Source: an uncultured bacterium (GTDB taxonomy: Bacteria; Krumholzibacteriota; Krumholzibacteriia; Krumholzibacteriales; Krumholzibacteriaceae). From it: 64,000 bases of DNA. The stretch lies in assembly GCA_963786935.1 (NCBI GenBank), contig CAWBAN010000005.1:1-64000 (forward strand). The letters are read 5' to 3'. The number at the start of each line of letters is the position of its first letter. Positions within the stretch are counted from its first letter, which is position 1. A model generated the notes under the pieces. It had not been told where the DNA came from. It saw only the letters and a list, made by a program, of their open reading frames with translations, and ran no database searches. The position numbers and the translations under genes are program-made. Below are positions 20,462 through 28,769 of this stretch, piece after piece.

Positions 20462-21754
20462 TCAGGCCCTGCGGCACGGCAGGCCGAGACCCTGCCGGTC
20501 CTCTTTGCGGGCCTCGATGCGGTCCTCGCCGTCGGGGAAGGACCGTTCGATCGAACGATCGAGGAGCGCGATTTGACGATCGAGGGCGGGGCGGCGGTCG
20601 GGGGGAACGGCGTCGATCAGATCATTGAGCATCGCCCGCATGCGGCGCATGACCTGGGCCGATGTGGCGCCGTACAGGCGAATCTCGTCGCATGCGAGGC
20701 TCAGGTAATCCTCCCACGACGGCATGGGCATGGTGAGGCGCAGCGCGCCGTCGGCGCCGTACTGGCGGCCGATGTCGATGTCGCGCCGCCCGAGCCGTCC
20801 GAGGAGGTCGGTGATCTGATCGAGCGCCTGCACGGCCGTCGTCGGATCGTTGATCGCGGGGGAGAGGGCCCTTATGGAAATGTCCACGAGGAGCCGGAAG
20901 AGGTACTTGGGATCCTGCGCGAACGTCCGCTCCGTTTCCAGCCGTATCGCGTTCCGCAAATCGCGCTCCGGGAGCGTTCCGCCCGCGCCGCGGACGTTCA
21001 GGATCGCCATTCCGGCGAATACCATGTCCCCGACGGGGGACACGATCTCGATGACAACCCCGGCTCGCTCGGCCATCGAAAGGAGGCTCTCGATGTCGAC
21101 GGCGTCGACGGCGCGGGGATCTCCCGAGTGCAGGACCGTCTGGGTCACCGGGGGCAGCTCCGCGCGCGCCGGGGGGGGCTGAGGCCCGCGAGCTGAATTT
21201 CGTGCGCCCTCTTCGGGCCGGGGATACAGCTCGCGTATCACTTCTCGCCCGTTGTTTCCGATGGCCGCGAGGATATTGGAGATCCGAAGCAGTCCGATGC
21301 GCTGCACGAGGTATCCGAGGACCGCGATGCTGGAGAACAGGAGCAGGACGATACATGTGGCGCTCAGCTGACCGACGACGCCGGAGTGATTGCGGTCGAC
21401 CCACGCGAGGGCCACGAGGGCGTAGATGAACGTCGCGGTGAAAATGCCGAGAGAATGGCTGAGCGAGCGGTCACGGGCTATCCACAATACCATCCGCGGG
21501 GAATAGGCGCTGGCGCTGAAGGTCACCATGACGAACAAGAGGGAGAACACGATGCCCGTGAGGGCCAGCATGCCCGTCGCGACGGACGAGTAGAACGCGA
21601 TCGCCGACGACACGCTGATCGTCGTCGTGAAGTGACTCAAGAACCGATTCTCGATGCGCGGGAGGACAATGCTGACGATAACCGCCCCCGCCGCGTAGAG
21701 CAGCGGGACGACCCAGAAAGGAACCGCGCGCCGTGGCGATCTTTTGAATCCCAT
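20462..21754 (-). CDS. DUF2254 predicted membrane protein
   Basis: FS..YSPR, ERTFAQDP, LVDISIRALSPAINDPTTAVQALD, EIRLYGA. Confidence 0.9.
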   Translation of the reverse strand: MGFKRSPRRAVPFWVVPLLYAAGAVIVSIVLPRIENRFLSHFTTTISVSSAIAFYSSVATGMLALTGIVFSLLFVMVTFSASAYSPRMVLWIARDRSLSHSLGIFTATFIYALVALAWVDRNHSGVVGQLSATCIVLLLFSSIAVLGYLVQRIGLLRISNILAAIGNNGREVIRELYPRPEEGARNSARGPQPPPARAELPPVTQTVLHSGDPRAVDAVDIESLLSMAERAGVVIEIVSPVGDMVFAGMAILNVRGAGGTLPERDLRNAIRLETERTFAQDPKYLFRLLVDISIRALSPAINDPTTAVQALDQITDLLGRLGRRDIDIGRQYGADGALRLTMPMPSWEDYLSLACDEIRLYGATSAQVMRRMRAMLNDLIDAVPPDRRPALDRQIALLDRSIERSFPDGEDRIEARKEDRQGLGLPCRRA

Positions 21755-21872
21755 TCGCCCATACTAGGCGATGACAAATATCTTTGCAATCGTTATTAAT
21801 TGCCTGTATACTGGCATCGAACCGTGACGCGACGTCGAAGTTCTCGCTTCCGGTGTTTCCCGGGGGGGCTGC

Positions 21873-22493
21873 ATGAACGATTCCCATTCTCAAGTCTACG
21901 TGATCGATGACGACGAATCCATGCGCCGGTCGGTCAAGAGGCTCCTGAAAGCGCATGGATTCGAGGCGGAGACGTTCCCCTCGGCAGACGATTTTCTCTC
22001 CCTCGAGCGCGCGTCGCGCCCGGCGTGCCTCGTCCTCGACCTGAGCCTGCCGGGTATGAGCGGCATCGATCTTCAGAAGGAAATGGAACGACGTCGGCTC
22101 GACCTTCCCATTGTCTTTATCACGGGGCACGGCGACATTCCCTCGAGCGTCGAGGCGATGAAGGGCGGGGCGGTCGATTTTCTCCCGAAGCCGTTCAACG
22201 CGAAGGCGCTCATCGAGGCCGTCGAGCGTGCGATGGCTCGGGCCCGGGGGGACGAGAAGAGGCGCCTCGCGAGAACAGACGCCGAGCGGCGCGTCGCGAT
22301 CTTGACGCCGAGAGAGCTGGAAGTGATGAGGCTCGTCATCAAGGGGATGCTGAACAAGCAGATCGCGTCCCAGCTCGGCACGTCGATCAAGACGATCAAG
22401 GTGCACCGGAGCCGCGTGATGCAGAAGATGGAGGCGGAATCGGTAGCCGACCTCGTCCGCCTCGCCGAAAAGGCCGGCATCGTCGTATCATAG
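21873..22493 (+). CDS. FixJ/NarL-LuxR family response regulator
   Basis: Receiver (VIDDD, LDLSLPG, ITGHG, FLPKP) plus LuxR HTH (LTPRELEV...NKQIA..LG.SIKTIKVHR..VMQKM). Confidence 0.93.
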   Translation: MNDSHSQVYVIDDDESMRRSVKRLLKAHGFEAETFPSADDFLSLERASRPACLVLDLSLPGMSGIDLQKEMERRRLDLPIVFITGHGDIPSSVEAMKGGAVDFLPKPFNAKALIEAVERAMARARGDEKRRLARTDAERRVAILTPRELEVMRLVIKGMLNKQIASQLGTSIKTIKVHRSRVMQKMEAESVADLVRLAEKAGIVVS

Positions 22494-22571
22494 AGAGTCT
22501 GCCCGCCGTCGTCGCGTCGCGCGCGATCGATATTCCCGAAAATGCGGGATGGTGAGAAAGGAAATCACAGC

Positions 22572-23597
22572 ATGTCGAAAGATCGACGGAGGTTGATCGG
22601 TCCGGCGCTGCGTATCGCGCGCATTGCGCTGGGCGGATCCTCGCTCTGCCTTGTCGCCGCGCCGGCGGCTCGAGCGGCCGACCCGTTGCCTTCGTGGAAT
22701 GATACCGCGGCGAAGAAGGCCGTGGTCGAGTTCGTCCAGAAAGTCACCGGGGAAGGCTCGCCGGATTTCGTGCCGGCCGCCGAGCGCATCGCCGTGTTCG
22801 ACAACGACGGCACGCTTTGGAGCGAACAACCGATCTATGTTCAGCTCGCGTTCACGCTCGATCGCGTGAAAGCGCTCGCGCCGCAGCACCCTGAGTGGAA
22901 GGAGGAGGAGCCGTTCGCCTCGCTGCTCAAGGGCGATCTCAAATCCGCACTCGCCGGCGGCGAACCGGCCGCCCTGGAGATTCTGAAGGCCACGCACGCG
23001 GGCATGACGACGGACGAGTTCGCGAAAACCGTCGGAGATTGGATCGCGACGGCGAAGCATCCGAAAACCGGCCGGCTCTTTATCGAGATGATCTATCAGC
23101 CGATGCTCGAGCTGCTCGACTACCTGCGGGCGAACGGCTTCAAGACCTTCATCGTCTCGGGCGGCGGCATCGATTTTATGCGGCCGTGGGCGGAGAAGGC
23201 CTATGGCATTCCGCCCGAGCAAGTCATCGGCAGCAGCATCAAAACGAAATACGAGATCCGAGACGGCAAGCCGGTGCTCGTTCGCCTGCCGGAGCTGAAT
23301 TTCTTCGACGAAAAAACAGGGAAACCGGTCGGCATCCACACGTATATCGGACGGCGTCCCATCGCCGCGTTCGGCAATTCCGACGGCGATCGAGAGATGC
23401 TCCAGTGGACGGCGTCGGGCGGCGGCGCGCGTTTTATGGCGCTCGTTCACCACACCGATGGCGAGCGCGAAGGGGCGTATGACAGAACGTCTTCAGTCGG
23501 CCGACTCGACAAGGCGCTCGACGAAGCGAAGGCGAGGGGCTGGACGATAATCAGCATGAAGGACGATTGGAAGCGGATCTTCCCGTTCGATAAATAG
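22572..23597 (+). CDS. Secreted HAD-family hydrolase (acid phosphatase-like)
   Basis: Signal peptide; DPLPSWND; FDNDGTLW; IVSGG; FGNSDGD. Confidence 0.9.
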   Translation: MSKDRRRLIGPALRIARIALGGSSLCLVAAPAARAADPLPSWNDTAAKKAVVEFVQKVTGEGSPDFVPAAERIAVFDNDGTLWSEQPIYVQLAFTLDRVKALAPQHPEWKEEEPFASLLKGDLKSALAGGEPAALEILKATHAGMTTDEFAKTVGDWIATAKHPKTGRLFIEMIYQPMLELLDYLRANGFKTFIVSGGGIDFMRPWAEKAYGIPPEQVIGSSIKTKYEIRDGKPVLVRLPELNFFDEKTGKPVGIHTYIGRRPIAAFGNSDGDREMLQWTASGGGARFMALVHHTDGEREGAYDRTSSVGRLDKALDEAKARGWTIISMKDDWKRIFPFDK

Positions 23598-23893
23598 CGC
23601 CCTTCACGCTTCTATTTTGGAATCGTTGCGGATTAAGTCGCGGTGACACGCTTGATTTGTTGTCGGGATTCGTTTACACTCGGTCGCCAATCCCTCGTCC
23701 TGCTCATGCAACGCTCGGCAGCCGAACGCCGGCAATATGAGGATTGACAACGGCAAGCCCCGCCGCCCGAGCGGGTGTTCCCCTCGATGCTTGCCGCAAC
23801 TGAGGCGAGTTTGCTCGAACGGGAACAGCGCGGAGTTCGAGCAGGGTTGGATCGGTCGCGCCGCGCAGGGAATCCTGGAAGAAAGGATGAGCC

Positions 23894-24910
23894 ATGAAGC
23901 CGATGAAATGTGCCGCATTATTCGCGCTCTTGATATCCGCGGGTTTTGGAGTATACGCCAGCGAGACCGGGCATTTCTCCCCGGGTCTTCCGAACATCCG
24001 CGACTTCTACGTCCCTGCTCCCGGCTTCTACGGCATTCTCTACAATTACGGGTATATGAGCGATCAGCTCAACGACTGCGACGGCGAGGAGATCAAACAG
24101 GTCACTATCGGAGTCCCGCCGATGAGCGCTACCCTCGACCTGTCTCTGGACCTCGATGTATATGTCGTTTCGCCCGGGCTCATGTGGTCATCCAACTGGA
24201 AGGTCCTCGGGGCGACATACGGCGCCTACTTCATGGTCCCGCTCGCCAATACGAGCATCGGGGCCTCGCTCACGACTATCACCGGGTCCGGCCGCAGCGG
24301 AGAGGCGTCGGATTTCGGCTTGGGCGATCTTTTTGTGCAGCCGGTGTGGTTGGGCTGGGCGAAACCGCATCTCGACGTGGCGCTCGGCTACGGTTTCTAC
24401 GCGCCCGTCGGACAGTACAATACCGAACAGGTGACGCTCCCCGTCATCGGCGAGATCACCACGGAGGCTGCCGACAATATCGGCTTGGGCTTCTGGACGC
24501 ACCAGCTCCAGGGCGCGGGCGCGTGGTACCCGTGGGAGGACAAGCGGATGGCAGTCGCAGGGGCGTTGACGTATGAGATCCACGGCAAGAAGGAGGATTT
24601 CGATCTGACACCCGGCCAGAACCTCGCGCTGAACTGGGGCGTGAGCGAGTACCTGCCGTTGGCGAAAGAAGACTCGCTCCTCCTCGAAGTCGGTCTCGCC
24701 GGCTACGACAGCTGGCAGATCACGGACGACAGCGGCGCCGCCGCCCTCAGCCCGACGGTGCATGACGAGGTGCATGGAGTGGGCGTGCAGATCGGCACGG
24801 TCTATATCCCGTGGCATGTCTCGCTGAACTTCCGGTATCTCTACGAATACGCCGCAACGGACCGGTTCCAGGGCCAGTCGTTCGGGTTGAACCTCGGCAT
24901 CGGATTCTGA
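23894..24910 (+). CDS. Outer-membrane beta-barrel 'transporter' (MetA-pathway/SphA-like family)
   Basis: Signal peptide; GLGDLFVQP..LGW, APVGQY, NIGLGFWT; terminal Phe. Confidence 0.8.
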   Translation: MKPMKCAALFALLISAGFGVYASETGHFSPGLPNIRDFYVPAPGFYGILYNYGYMSDQLNDCDGEEIKQVTIGVPPMSATLDLSLDLDVYVVSPGLMWSSNWKVLGATYGAYFMVPLANTSIGASLTTITGSGRSGEASDFGLGDLFVQPVWLGWAKPHLDVALGYGFYAPVGQYNTEQVTLPVIGEITTEAADNIGLGFWTHQLQGAGAWYPWEDKRMAVAGALTYEIHGKKEDFDLTPGQNLALNWGVSEYLPLAKEDSLLLEVGLAGYDSWQITDDSGAAALSPTVHDEVHGVGVQIGTVYIPWHVSLNFRYLYEYAATDRFQGQSFGLNLGIGF

Positions 24911-24966
24911 TGGGCAAAGAGTCAGACTCCGTCTCGTCAAACGGATTGGAGCAAAGGAGTCGAGAA

Positions 24967-26493
24967 ATGGCGGACAAGAAACCGAACATTCTCATCCTGT
25001 GGGGCGACGACATCGGCTGGTGGAACATCAGCTACAACAGCCGGGGCCAGATGGGTTACCGGACGCCGAACATCGACCGAGTCGCGAACGAGGGTGTCGC
25101 CTTCACGGACTACTACGGGCAGCAGAGCTGCACGGCCGGCCGGGCCGCCTTCATCACCGGCCAGAATCCGGTTCGCACGGGTCTGACCAAGGTGGAGGGG
25201 CCGGGGATGGATCTCGGATTGCAGCCCGAGGATCCGACGATCGCCGAGCTTCTCAAGCCCCTCGGGTATGTCACCGGCCAATTCGGAAAGAATCACGTGG
25301 GCGATCTGAACAAGTTCCTTCCGACGGTTCATGGATTCGATGAGTTCTTCGGCAACCTCTACCATCTGAACGCCGAAGAGGAACCCGAGAATCCCGACTA
25401 TCCGAAGGATCCGCGGTTCAAGCAGATGGCCGGCCCGCGGGGCGTTCTGCACTGCTGGGCGACCGCGAAGGACAATGCGAAGGTTGAGCCGCGCTGGGGC
25501 CGCGTGGGCAAGCAGAAGATCGAGGACACCGGCCCGCTGACCAAGAAACGGATGGAGACGATCGACGACGAGGTCACCGAGAAGGCGCTCGATTTCATCG
25601 ATCGCGCCCACAAAGAGGGGAAGCCGTTCTTCGTCTGGTGGAACAGCTCGGCCATGCATTTACGGACCCATTGCGCCAAGAAGCATGAAGGAAAGAGCGG
25701 GCAGGGTTTCTACAATGACGTGATGGTCGCTCACGACGAGAATGTCGGGAAGATGCTCAAGAAGCTCGACAAGCTGGGAATCGCCGACGACACGATCGTC
25801 GTGTACTCCACCGACAACGGGCCTCATTACAATTCGTGGCCCGACGCCGGTATCACCCCCTTCCGCAGCGAAAAGAACACCAACTGGGAAGGAGCCTGGC
25901 GGGTCCCGGCGTTTGTCCGCTGGCCCGGAAAGTTCCCGGCCGGCACCGTGCTCAACGGAATCGTTTGCCATCAGGACTGGCTGCCGACGCTGCTGGCGGC
26001 CGCGGGCGAGCCGGAGATCAACAAGAAGCTGCTGAAAGGCCATAAGGCCGACGGCAAGAGTTTCAAGGTCCATATCGACGGCGTGAACGTGCTGTCCTAT
26101 TTGACCGGCGAGGCCGAGGAGAGCCCCCGAACGTACTTCGGGTACGTGAACGACGACGGGCGGCTCGTCGCCCTGCGCATCGGCGACTGGAAGATCGTCT
26201 TCGAGGAGCAGCGGGCGAGACAGATGGCCTGCTGGGGCGAGCCGTTCGTCCACCTGCGGATGCCGAAGCTGTTCCACCTGCGTCGGGATCCTTTCGAGCG
26301 CGCGGATACGGACTCCAATACTTATTGGGATTGGTTCATGGACCGCTTGTTCTTCTTGCAGGTCGGCGGGGCCGTCGTGGGGCAGCTGATAACCTCCTTC
26401 AAGGAGTTCCCGCCTCGGCAGCGGCCGGTGTCCTACAACCTCGACCAGGTGATGGAGCAGCTGAAGGACGCCTCGGGGGGAGGCGCCCACTAG
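24967..26493 (+). CDS. Arylsulfatase, Cys-type, no signal peptide
   Basis: KPNILILWGDDIG, SCTAGRAAFITG, GKNH.G, TDNG, EG.WRVP. Confidence 0.95.
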   Translation: MADKKPNILILWGDDIGWWNISYNSRGQMGYRTPNIDRVANEGVAFTDYYGQQSCTAGRAAFITGQNPVRTGLTKVEGPGMDLGLQPEDPTIAELLKPLGYVTGQFGKNHVGDLNKFLPTVHGFDEFFGNLYHLNAEEEPENPDYPKDPRFKQMAGPRGVLHCWATAKDNAKVEPRWGRVGKQKIEDTGPLTKKRMETIDDEVTEKALDFIDRAHKEGKPFFVWWNSSAMHLRTHCAKKHEGKSGQGFYNDVMVAHDENVGKMLKKLDKLGIADDTIVVYSTDNGPHYNSWPDAGITPFRSEKNTNWEGAWRVPAFVRWPGKFPAGTVLNGIVCHQDWLPTLLAAAGEPEINKKLLKGHKADGKSFKVHIDGVNVLSYLTGEAEESPRTYFGYVNDDGRLVALRIGDWKIVFEEQRARQMACWGEPFVHLRMPKLFHLRRDPFERADTDSNTYWDWFMDRLFFLQVGGAVVGQLITSFKEFPPRQRPVSYNLDQVMEQLKDASGGGAH

Positions 26494-26526
26494 CGCGTGA
26501 GGCGGTTGCCATGGGCCGGGGCCCCG

Positions 26527-26546
26527 TATTGGACCAAGGTCTCATA
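26527..26546 (+). promoter_or_regulatory. Palindromic operator copy 3 (TATTGGACCAAGGTCTCATA)
   Basis: Core at 26532-26541; TACAAT at 26568-26573. Confidence 0.65.
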
Positions 26547-26702
26547 GACCGTTGTCCGGGCATTTCATACAATGTGCCCGCATTGTCTTTCGAAAGAAGG
26601 AGGGAAGCAAGAGGCGTGCATCCCCCGAGGAGGGGGGACCATGATCCGGTATCGTCCGAAGTTGCGTTTCGAAAGTCAGGAGCAGGAGAAAGGAGAGCCG
26701 AA

Positions 26703-27179
26703 ATGAAATCTTTCACGATCGTTCTGGCGGTTGCTCTGATGCTGGTCGCGTCGCCGGCAGTCATGGCCCAGGTGCAGCACGAGGTCGCGCTGACGCGCGC
26801 CGAAATCCAGACCGAGCGGCAGGCGCTCGTCGCCGAGAATCTGCCTCTCACCGAGGAGCAGGCCACGGCGTTTTGGCCGCTCTACCGCACCTACCGCGAG
26901 GAAATGGCGAAGCTCGGCGACCGTATGGTGGCGCTCATCGAGGATTATGCCAAGAATTACGAAACCATGACCGATCCCCAGGCGACGGCGATGCTCAAGG
27001 AGTTCTTGAAGATCCAGAAAGATGAGGTCTCGATCAAGACGGCGTGGGTTTCGAAATTCGAGAAGATCCTTCCCGCGAAGTCAGTCGTGCGCTTCTACCA
27101 GATCGAGAACAAGCTGGACCTCATCGTCCGGACGTCGGTCGCGGCGGAGATTCCGCTCGTCATGGACGAGAAGGAATAG
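26703..27179 (+). CDS. Secreted alpha-helical hypothetical protein (LTEEQ..AFWPLY family)
   Basis: AGGAG RBS; signal peptide ending VMA-Q; LPLTEEQATAFWPLY, RFYQIENKLD. Confidence 0.75.
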   Translation: MKSFTIVLAVALMLVASPAVMAQVQHEVALTRAEIQTERQALVAENLPLTEEQATAFWPLYRTYREEMAKLGDRMVALIEDYAKNYETMTDPQATAMLKEFLKIQKDEVSIKTAWVSKFEKILPAKSVVRFYQIENKLDLIVRTSVAAEIPLVMDEKE

Positions 27180-27256
27180 GGCATACGGGGGATCGCCGAA
27201 CATTGAGAGCGACCGCTCTGCGCGGTTTGTTGGGCTGATTTTGCGAAAAGGAATAT

Positions 27257-27286
27257 TTGACAAAAGCTCGAACAATGGTGTCTAAT
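27257..27286 (+). promoter_or_regulatory. Sigma70-type promoter
   Basis: TTGACA-N18-TCTAAT in an AT-rich intergenic region. Confidence 0.5.
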
Positions 27287-27349
27287 TCGCGGGTAGTAAG
27301 GGTATTCCCGAGTGTTTCGCGGAACCAGGGCAGAAGAAGGAGGTAGGGA

Positions 27350-28048
27350 ATGGCAAGAGTATGGAGCAGGGCGGCGGTATCGGTTGCGCTCGCGCTCGTG
27401 TTCGGCGCCGCGTGGTTCGCGCCGGTTCTCGCGCAGAACAGCGCGTTCACCGAGGAGTACGATCGCACCGGCATGACGTTCATGCATATGCTCTATCAGT
27501 ATCAGAAGATGGCGGTCGCGCCGCAGTGGGAGACCGAGGACGGCAGCGCGAGCACCGATATGGACGGCGCGAACATGTGGGGCATCGGCCTCGGGTATTT
27601 CTTCACGGACAAGATCGGTATCCATTTCGAGACGACGATGGGAAGCACGAACTTCTACGGGACGGGAGCCGGATACGGGATCGGACGGGACGTGTTCCTG
27701 AACAACGGCTATTTCAACCTCGGCTTCTATCCGCTCGCGAAGCGCTTCACGCCCTATCTGACGGGCGGCATCGGCTGGCAGTATCTCGAGGCCTCGCTCA
27801 CGAACATGCCGGTCACCCCCGGCTACTGCTACTGGGATCCGTGGTGGGGATACATCTGCACCGGCGCTTCGTATCCGGTGTATTCGACCACCCAGTTCGT
27901 CTATAACTTCGGTCTCGGGTTCCGGTGGGATGCGCCGTCCAACTTCTTCATAAAGGCGGGGATCGGCGCGAACTGGCTCAAGTACCCGGAATCGACCGTG
28001 TGGTCGCGCCTGGGCGACTTCAACATATCGTTCGGCGTGAACTACTGA
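27350..28048 (+). CDS. Outer-membrane beta-barrel (OmpA/OmpW-like) protein with Cys/Trp-rich loop
   Basis: Signal peptide; GLGYFF, PYLTGGIGW, YNFGLGFRW; loop YCYWDPWWGYIC; terminal Tyr. Confidence 0.8.
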   Translation: MARVWSRAAVSVALALVFGAAWFAPVLAQNSAFTEEYDRTGMTFMHMLYQYQKMAVAPQWETEDGSASTDMDGANMWGIGLGYFFTDKIGIHFETTMGSTNFYGTGAGYGIGRDVFLNNGYFNLGFYPLAKRFTPYLTGGIGWQYLEASLTNMPVTPGYCYWDPWWGYICTGASYPVYSTTQFVYNFGLGFRWDAPSNFFIKAGIGANWLKYPESTVWSRLGDFNISFGVNY

Positions 28049-28070
28049 GGCCGCAAAGGAAAGGGATCAT

Positions 28071-28649
28071 ATGAGAGCTCTCGTTGTTTTGCTGGCTCTC
28101 GGCGCGGTTCTCGTGACGGGCGGATGCAGCCAGGTGTCGGTCCAGACGGATTTCGATCCGTCCGCCGATTTCAAGGCCTTGAAGACCTACGCGTGGTATG
28201 AGGCCGAGCAGCCGCAGTCCGGCGATCCGCGGGTTGACAATCCGATTCTCGACCAGCGCGTGCGGACCACGGTCGAGACCGTGCTGACCGAGAAGGGCTA
28301 TCAGAAGGTCGACGCGGCTCCCGACTTCTTGCTCGTCTATCATGTCGCCGTTTCGAAGGAGATCGGAGTCGCCACGAGCAGCACCCCGGCGTATCCGGCC
28401 GGATACTACGGCTGGTATTATACGGCGCCGCCCATGTGGGTCGACCAGTCGTATTCGTACACGTACAACCAGGGATCGCTGATCCTCGACGTCGTCGACG
28501 CGAAAAGCGAGAAGCTGATCTGGCGCGGCTCGGCGCAGGCCAACGTGGACGATCCGGACACGCAGCAGCAGCGGAAGAACCTCATGAACGAGGCGGTGCG
28601 GGGGATGCTGGACAACTTCCCGCCGAAGGCGGGGAGATCGGGGAAGTAA
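28071..28649 (+). CDS. DUF4136 lipoprotein
   Basis: Lipobox TGGC; DFDPSADF..LKTYAW; Y.QGSLILDVVDA...LIWRG; FPP. Confidence 0.9.
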   Translation: MRALVVLLALGAVLVTGGCSQVSVQTDFDPSADFKALKTYAWYEAEQPQSGDPRVDNPILDQRVRTTVETVLTEKGYQKVDAAPDFLLVYHVAVSKEIGVATSSTPAYPAGYYGWYYTAPPMWVDQSYSYTYNQGSLILDVVDAKSEKLIWRGSAQANVDDPDTQQQRKNLMNEAVRGMLDNFPPKAGRSGK

Positions 28650-28769
28650 CGAGGTTCGGCCCTGATTCGAGAAGGCAATGAAAGACGCTCGGATTCGTTG
28701 GGAATCCGAGCGTCTTGTTCTCAGGCGGGAGAGAGGCGTACAAAACGATCGGGTGCGAGGACTCCGTTC

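Noticed and set aside
23790..23805. GCCGCAACTG resembling part of a cobalamin riboswitch
   Set aside because: Other conserved B12-element blocks are not in the right arrangement and the downstream gene is not B12-related
25145..25200. GACCAAGGTG near-match to the operator
   Set aside because: Inside the sulfatase coding sequence, with a mismatch in the core
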